From positions 21,886,001-21,950,000 of the forward strand of contig OZ024753.1 of NCBI GenBank assembly GCA_964016885.1: a stretch of DNA of 64,000 nucleotides. Direction: 5' to 3'. Numbering within the stretch: position 1 is the stretch's first letter; each line of letters starts with the position of its first letter. Position numbers and translations under genes: made by a program. This document shows, in pieces, positions 56,601 through 64,000 of this stretch. Below the pieces are notes generated by a model. It was not told where the DNA came from. It did no database searches and was given only the letters and a program-made list of their open reading frames with translations. This DNA comes from Eledone cirrhosa (taxonomy: Eukaryota).

Positions 56601-59600
56601 ATGGGGTCAGTGATGGAAGGTTTAACAAATGTGGCCAGTGATGGAAGGTTTAACAAATGTGGCCAGTGATGGAAGGTTTAACAAATGTGGAGAGTGATGG
56701 AAGGTTTCATGAATGGGGTCAGTGATGGAAGGTTTAACAAATGTGGCCAGTGATGGAAGGTTTAACAAATGTGGTCAGTGATGGAAGGTTTAATAAATGT
56801 GGCCAGTGATGGAAGGTTCAACAAATGTGGCCAGTTGATGGAAGGTTTAACAAATGTGGCCAGTGATGGAAGGTTTAATGAATGTGGCCAGTGATTGAAG
56901 GTTTAATGAATGGGGTCAGTGATGGAAGGTTTAACAAATGTGGCCAGTGATGGAAGGTTTAACAAATGTGGCCAGTGATGGAAGGTTTAACAAATGTGGA
57001 GAGTGATGGAAGGTTTCATGAATGGGGTCAGTGATGGAAGGTTTAACAAATGTGGCCAGTGATGGAAGGTTTAACAAATGTGGCCAGTGATGGAAGGTTT
57101 AATGAATGTGGCCAGTGATTGAAGGTTTCATGAATGTGGCCAGTGATGGAAAGTTTAACACATGTGGCCAGTGATGGAAGGTTTAACAAATGTGGCCAGT
57201 GATGGAAGGTTTAACAAATGTGGCCAGTGATGGAAGATTTAACAAATGTGATCAGTGATGGAAGGTTTAACAAATGTGGCCAGTGATGGAAGGTTTAACA
57301 AATGTGGCCTGTGATGGAAGGTTTAATGAATGTGGCCAGTGATGGAAGGTTTAACAACCGTACCCAGTGGTGGAACATATGATGAATGTGACCAGTGATG
57401 GAAGGTTTAATGAATGTGGCCAGTGATGGAAGGTTTAACATATGTGGCCAGTGATGGAAGGTTTAATGTATGTGGCCAGTGATGGAAGGTTTAACAAATG
57501 TGGCCAGTGATGGAAGGTTTAATGAATGTGGCCAGTGATGGAAGGTTTAACAAATGTGGCCAGTGATGGAAGGTTTAACAAATGTGGCCAGTGATGGAAG
57601 ATTTAACAAATGTGGCCAGTGATGGAAGGTTTAACAAATGTGGCCAGTGATGGAAGGTTTAATAACTGTGGCCAGTGATGGAAGATTTAACAAATGTGGC
57701 CAGTGATGGAAGGTTTAACAAATGTGGCCAGTGATGGAAGGTTTAACAAATGTGACCAGTGATGGAAGGTTTAACAAATGTGGCCAGTGATGGAAGATTT
57801 AACAAATGTGGCCAGTGATGGAAGGTTTAACAAATGTGGCCAGTGATGGAAGGTTTAACAAATGTGACCAGTGATGGAAGGTTTAACAAATGTGGCCAGT
57901 GATGGAAGATTTAACAAATGTGGCCAGTGATGGAAGGTTTAATGAATGGGGTCAGTGATGGAAGGTTTAATGAATGGGGTCAGTGATGGAAGGTTTAACA
58001 AATGTGGCTAGTGATAGAAGGTTTAACAAATGTGGCCAGTGATGGAAGGTTTAATGAATGGGGTCAGTGATGGAAGGTTTAATGAATGGGGTCAGTGATG
58101 GAAGGTTTAACAAATGTGGCTAGTGATAGAAGGTTTAACAAATGTGGCCAGTGATGGAAGGTTTAACAAATGTGGCCAGTGATGGAAGGTTTAACAAATG
58201 TGACCAGTGATGGAAGGTTTAACAAATGTGGCCAGTGATGGAAGATTTAACAAATGTGGCCAGTGATGGAAGGTTTAATGAATGGGGTCAGTGATGGAAG
58301 GTTTAATGAATGTGGCCAGTGATGGAAGGTTTAATGAATGGGGTCAGTGATGGAAGGTTTAACAAATGTGACCAGTGATGGAAGGTTTAACAAATGTGGC
58401 CAGTGATGGAAGATTTAACAAATGTGCCCAGTGATGGAAGGTTTAACAAATGTAGCCAGTGATGGAAGGTTTAACAAATGTGGCCAGTGGTGGAAGGTTT
58501 AAGGAATGTGGCCAGTGATGGAAGGTTTAATGAATGGGGTCAGTGATGGAAGGTTTAACAAATGTAGCCAGTGATGGAAGGTTTAACAAATGTGGCCAGT
58601 GATGGAAGTTTTAACAAATGTGGCCAGTGATGGAGGGTTTAATAAATGTGCCCAGTGATGGAAGGTTTAACAAATGTAGCCAGTGATGGAAGGTTTAACA
58701 AATGTGGCCAGTGGTGGAAGGTTTAAGGAATGTGGCCAGTGATGGAAGGTTTAACAACTGTGGCCAGTGATGGACGGTTTAACAACTGTGGCCAGTGATG
58801 GAAGGTTTAACAACTGTGGCCAGTGATGGAAGGTTTAAGGAATGTGGCCAGTGATGGAAGGTTTAACAACTGTGGCCAGTGATGGCAGGTTTAACAACTG
58901 TGGCCAGTGATGGAAGGTTTAACAACTGTGGCCAGTGATGGAAGGTTTAAGGAATGTGGCCAGTGATGGAAGGTTTAACAACTGTGGCCAGTGATGGACG
59001 GTTTAATGAATGTGGCCAGTGATGGAAGGTTTAACAAATGTGGCCAGTGATGGAAGGTTTAACAAATGTGGCCAGTGAGGGAAGGTTTGGCCAGTGATGG
59101 AAGGTTTAACAAATGTGGCCGGTGGTGGAAGGTTTAACAAATGTGGCCAGTGATGGAAGGTTTAATGAATGGGGTCAGTGATGGAAGGTTTAATGAATGT
59201 GGCCAGTGATGGAAGGTTTAACAAATGTGGCCAGTGATGGAACGTTTAACAAATGTGGCCAGTGATGGAAGGTTTAACAAATGTGGCCAGTGATGGAACG
59301 TTTAACAAATGTGGCCAGTGATGGAAGGTTTAACAACCGTACCCAGTGGTGGAACATATGATGAATGTGGCCAGTGATGGAAGGTTTAACAAATGTGGCC
59401 AGTCATGGAAGGTTTAACAAATGTGGCCAGTGATGGAAGATTTAACAAATGTGGCCAGTGATGGAAGGTTTAATAACTGTGGCCAGTGATGGAAGATTTA
59501 ACAAATGTGGCCAGTGGTGGAAGATTTAACAAATGTAGCCAGTGATGGAAGGTTTAATAAATGTGCCCAGTGATGGAAGGTTTAACAAATGTAGCCAGTG

Positions 59601-62600
59601 ATGGAAGGTTTAACAAATGTGGCCAGTGATGGAAGGTTTAATGAATGGGGTCAGTGATGGAAGGTTTAACAAATGTGGCCAGTGATGGAAGGTTTAACAA
59701 ATGTGGCCAATGATGGAAGTTTTAACAAATGTGGCCACTGGTGGAAGGTTTAACAAATGTGGCCAGTGATGGAACGTTTAACAAATGTGGCCAGTGATGG
59801 AAGGTTTAACAACCGTACCCAGTGGTGGAACATATGATGAATGTGGCCAGTGATGGAAGGTTTAACAAATGTGGCCAGTCATGGAAGGTTTAACAAATGT
59901 GGCCAGTGATGGAAGATTTAACAAATGTGGCCAGTGATGGAAGGTTTAATAACTGTGGCCAGTGATGGAAGATTTAACAAATGTGGCCAGTGGTGGAAGA
60001 TTTAACAAATGTAGCCAGTGATGGAAGGTTTAATAAATGTGGCCAGTGATGGAAGGTTTAACAAATGTGGCCAGTGATGGAACGTTTAACAAATGTGGCC
60101 AGTGATGGAAGGTTTAACAACCGTACCCAGTGGTGGAACATATGATGAATGTGGCCAGTGATGGAAGGTTTAACAAATGTGGCCAGTCATGGAAGGTTTA
60201 ACAAATGTGGCCAGTGATGGAAGATTTAACAAATGTGGCCAGTGATGGAAGGTTTAATAACTGTGGCCAGTGATGGAAGATTTAACAAATGTGGCCAGTG
60301 GTGGAAGATTTAACAAATGTGGCCAGTGATGGAAGATTTAACAAATGTGGCCAGTGATGGAAGGTTTAATAAATGTGCCCAGTGATGGAAGGTTTAACAA
60401 ATGTGGCCAGTGGTGGAAGGTTTAACAAATGTGGCCAGTGATGGAAGGTTTAATGAATGGGGTCAGTGATGGAAGGTTTAACAAATGTGGCCAGTGATGG
60501 AAGGTTTAACAAATGTGGCCAGTGATGGAAGTTTTAACAAATGTGGCCAGTGGTGGAAGGTTTAACAAATGTGGCCAGTGATGGAAGGCTTAATGAATGT
60601 GGCCAGTGATGGAAGGTGTAACAAATGTGGCCAGTGATGGAAGGTGTAACAAATGTGGCCAGTGATTGAAGGTTTAATGAATGGGGTCAGTGATGGAAGG
60701 TTTAACAAATGTGGCCAGTGATGGAAGTTCTAACAAATGTGGCCAGTGGTGGAAGGTTTAACAACTGTGGCCTGTGATGGAAGGTTTAACAAATGTGGCC
60801 AGTGATGGAAGGTTTAATGAATGTGGCCAGTTATGGAAGGTTTAACAATTGTGACCAGTCATGGAAGGTTTAACAAATGTGGCCAGTGATGGAAGGTTTA
60901 ATGAATGTGGCCAGTGATGGAAGGTTTAAAAACTGTGGCCAGTGATGGAAGGTTTAACAACTGTGGCCAATGATGGAAGGTTTAACAAATGTGGCCAGTG
61001 ATGGAAGGTTTAACAAATGTGGCCAGTGATGGAAGGTTTAACAAATGTGGCCAGTGATGGAAGGTTTAACAACTGTGGCCAGTGATGGAAGGTTTAACAA
61101 ATGTGGCCAGTGATGGAAGGTTTAAGGAATGTGGCCAGTGATGGAAGGTTTAACAACTGTGGCCAGTGATGGACGGTTTAATGAATGTGGCCAGTGATGG
61201 AAGGTTTAACAAATGTGGCCAGTGATGGAAGGTTTAACAAATGTGGCCAGTGAGGGAAGGTTTGGCCAGTGATGGAAGGTTTAACAAATGTGGCCGGTGG
61301 TGGAAGGTTTAACAAATGTGGCCAGTGATGGAAGGTTTAACAAATGTGGACAGTGATGGAAGGTTTCATGAATGGGGTCAGTGATGGAAGGTTTAATGAA
61401 TGTGGCCAGTGATGGAAGGTTTAACAAATGTGGCCAGTGATGGAACGTTTAACAAATGTGGCCAGTGATGGAAGGTTTAACAAATGTGATCAGTGATGGA
61501 AGGTTTAACAAATGTGGCCAGTGATGGAAGGTTTAACAACTGTGGCCTATGATGGAAGGTTTAACAAATGTGGCCAGTGATGGAAGATTTAATAAATGTG
61601 GCCAGTGATGGAAGGTTTAACAAATGTGGCCAGTGATGGAAGGTTTAATAACTGTGGCCAGTGATGGAAGATTTAACAAATGCGGCCAGTGATGGAAGGT
61701 TTCATGAATGTGGCCAGTGATGGAAGGTTTAACAAATGTGGCCAGTGATGGAAGGTTTAACAAATGTGGCCAGTGATGGATGGTTTAACAAATGTGGCCA
61801 GTGATGGAAGGTTTAATGAATGGGGTCAGTGATGGAAGGCTTAACAAATGTGGCCAGTGATGGAAGGTTTATCAAATGTGACCTGTGATGGAAGCTTTAA
61901 CAAATGTCGCCAATGATGGAAGGTTTCACAAATGTGGCCAGTGATGGAAGGTTTAACAACTGTGGCCAGTCATGGATGGTTTAACAAATGTGGCCAGTGA
62001 TGGAAGATTTAACAAATGTGGCCAGTGATGGAGGGTTTAATAAATGTGCCCAGTGATGGAAGGTTTAACAAATGTAGCCAGTGATGGAAGGTTTAACAAA
62101 TGTGGCCAGTGGTGGAAGGTTTAACAAATGTGGCCAGTGATGGAAGTTTTAACAAATGTGGCCAGTGGTGGAAGGTTTAACAAATGTGGCCAGTGATGGA
62201 AGTTTTAACAAATGTGGCCAGTGGTGGAAGGTTTAACAAATGTGGCCAGTGATGGAAGGCTTAATGAATGTGGCCAGTGATGGAAGGTGTAACAAATGTG
62301 GCCAGTGATGGAAGTTTTAACAAATGTGGCCAGTGATGGAAGTTTTAACAAATGTGGCCAGTGATGGAAGTTTTAACAAATGTGGCTAGTGGTGGAAGGT
62401 TTAACAACTGTGGCCAGTGATGGAAGGTTTAACAAATGTGGCCAGTGATGGAAGGTTTAATGAATGTGGCCAGTTATGGAAGGTTTAACAATTGTGACCA
62501 GTCATGGAAGGTTTAACAAATGTGGCCAGTGATGGAAGGTTTAATGAATGTGGCCAGTGATGGAAGGTTTAATGAATGTGGCCAGTGATGAAAGGTTTAA

Positions 62601-64000
62601 CAAATGTGATCTGTGATGGAAGGTGTAACAAATGTGGCCAGTGATGGAAGGTTTAATGAATGTGATCTGTGATGGAAGGTTTAACAAATGTGGCCAGTGA
62701 TGGAAGGTTTAACAAATGTGATCTGTGATGGAAGGTTTAACAAATGTGGCCAGTGATGGAAGGTTTACCAAATGTGGCCAGTGATGGAAGGTTTAACAAC
62801 TGTGGCCAGTGATGGAAGGTTTAACAAATGTGGCCAGTGATGGAAGGTTTAACAACTGTGGCCAGTGATGGAAGGTTTAACAAATGTGGCCAGTGATGGA
62901 AGGTTTAATGAATGTGGCCAGTGATGGAAGGTTTAACAACTGTGGCCAGTGATGGACGGTTTAATGAATGTGGCCAGTGATGGAAGGTTTAACAAATGTG
63001 GCCAGTGATGGAAGGCTTAACAAATGTGGCCAGAGATGGAAGGTTTAACAAATGTGGCCAGTGATGGAAGGTTTAACAAATGTGGCCAGTGATGGAAGGT
63101 TTAATGAATGTGGCCAGTGATGGAAGGTTTAACAAATGTGGCCAGTGATGGAAGGTTTAATGAATGTGGCCAGTGATGGAAGGTTTAACAAATGTGGCCA
63201 GTGGTGGAAGGTTTAACAAATGTGGCCAGTGATGGAAGGTTTAATGAATGTGGCCAGTGATGGAAGGTTTAACAAATGTGGCCAGTGATGGAAGGTTTAA
63301 TGAATGTGGCCAGTGATGGAAGGTTTAACAAATGTGGCCAGTGGTGGAAGGTTTAACAACTGTGGCCAGTGATGGAAGGTTTAACAACTGTGGCCAGTGA
63401 TGGAAGGTTTAACAAATGTGGCCAGTTATGGAAGATTTAACAACTGTGGCCAGTTATGGAAGGTTTAATGAATGTGGCCAGTGATGGAAGATTTAACAAA
63501 TGTGGCCAGTGATGGAAGGTTTAACAATTGTGGCCAGTTATGGAAGGTTTAACAAATGTGGCCAGTGATGGGAGGTTTAAAAAATGTGGCCAGTGATGGA
63601 AGGTTTAATGAATGTGGCCAGTGATGGAAGCTTTAACAACTGTGGCCAGTGATGGAAGGTTTAATAACTGTGGCCAGTGATGGAAGGTTTAACAACTGTG
63701 GCCAGTGATGGAAGATTTAACAAATGTGGCCAGTGATGGAAGATTTAAGAAATGTGGCCAGTGATGGAAGGTTTTACAAATGTGGCCAGTGATGGAAGGT
63801 TTAACAAATGTAGCCAGTGATGGAAGGTTTAATGAATGTGGCCAGTGATGGAAGGTTTAACAAATGTGGCCAGTGGTGGAAGGTTTAACAAATGTGGCCA
63901 GTGATGGAAGGTTTAATGAATGGGGGCAGTGATGGAAGGTTTAACAAATGTGGCCAGCGATGGAAGGTTTAACAAATGTGGCCAGTGATGGAAGGTTTAA
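11605..64000. repeat. ~28-kb tandem macro-duplication within the satellite (copy 1 ~11605-39670; copy 2 ~39675 to the window end)
   Basis: Rare variant monomers recur in the same order: 11621/39689 (offset 28068), 12262/40274 and 19541/47553 (28012), 26291/57356 (31065), 28211/59080 and 33052/63921 (30869). Boundaries are approximate. Confidence 0.9.
14940..15580. repeat. 168-bp (6-monomer) higher-order repeat, about 4 copies
   Basis: The variant cagTTAAGGaagg starts at 14961, 15129, 15297 and 15465, each with the same companion variants (aaatCtgg, ggaaCTttt, ggtAtaa, ggcTag). The block recurs at ~43000-43610. Confidence 0.9.

Larger units (their letters stand above)
4077..64000. repeat. 28-bp satellite array, head-to-tail, about 2,140 monomers, continuing past the window end
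   Basis: Consensus TGTGGCCAGTGATGGAAGGTTTAACAAA (12/28 GC, no CpG). The pattern recurs every 7 lines (420 = 15 x 28). Single orientation and no foreign insertion seen; only substitutions, rare 1-bp indels and a recurring 10-bp deletion. Confidence 0.99.

Noticed and set aside
4077-64000. CRISPR array (28-bp repeat)
   Set aside because: Monomers are contiguous with no unique spacers, there are no cas genes, and the context is eukaryotic.
4077-64000. Coding repeat such as a C2H2 zinc-finger array (3 x 28 = 84 bp; translations include CGQ, KP, TGH)
   Set aside because: 28 is not a multiple of 3 and TTAA gives a stop on both strands (plus TGA on the plus strand), so every frame stops within about three monomers. 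There is no C-x2-C...H-x3-H spacing.

Overview
Eukaryotic, AT-rich, non-coding window with no credible intact gene. About 94% of it (4077-64000, running off the right edge) is one uninterrupted 28-bp satellite (consensus TGTGGCCAGTGATGGAAGGTTTAACAAA, roughly 2,140 monomers). The satellite has nested higher-order structure, including a tandem duplication of about 28 kb. The first 4 kb is a cluster of mobile-element remnants. The main finding is an ~826-bp element (310-1135) between two (TA)n tracts, built from interleaved inverted repeats (A-B-A'-B'). It carries two intact-looking type I hammerhead ribozymes on opposite strands, and its two arms reassemble into a circularly permuted 483-nt monomer. 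This fits a non-autonomous Penelope-like or retrozyme-type element inserted with an inversion. Nearby are a degenerate hammerhead of a different family (193-239), a possible heavily decayed Penelope-like RT/GIY-YIG remnant (minus strand, ~1550-2375) and a TA-flanked mariner-like non-autonomous element (2445-2835). All calls were made by eye; no database search or folding program was run.
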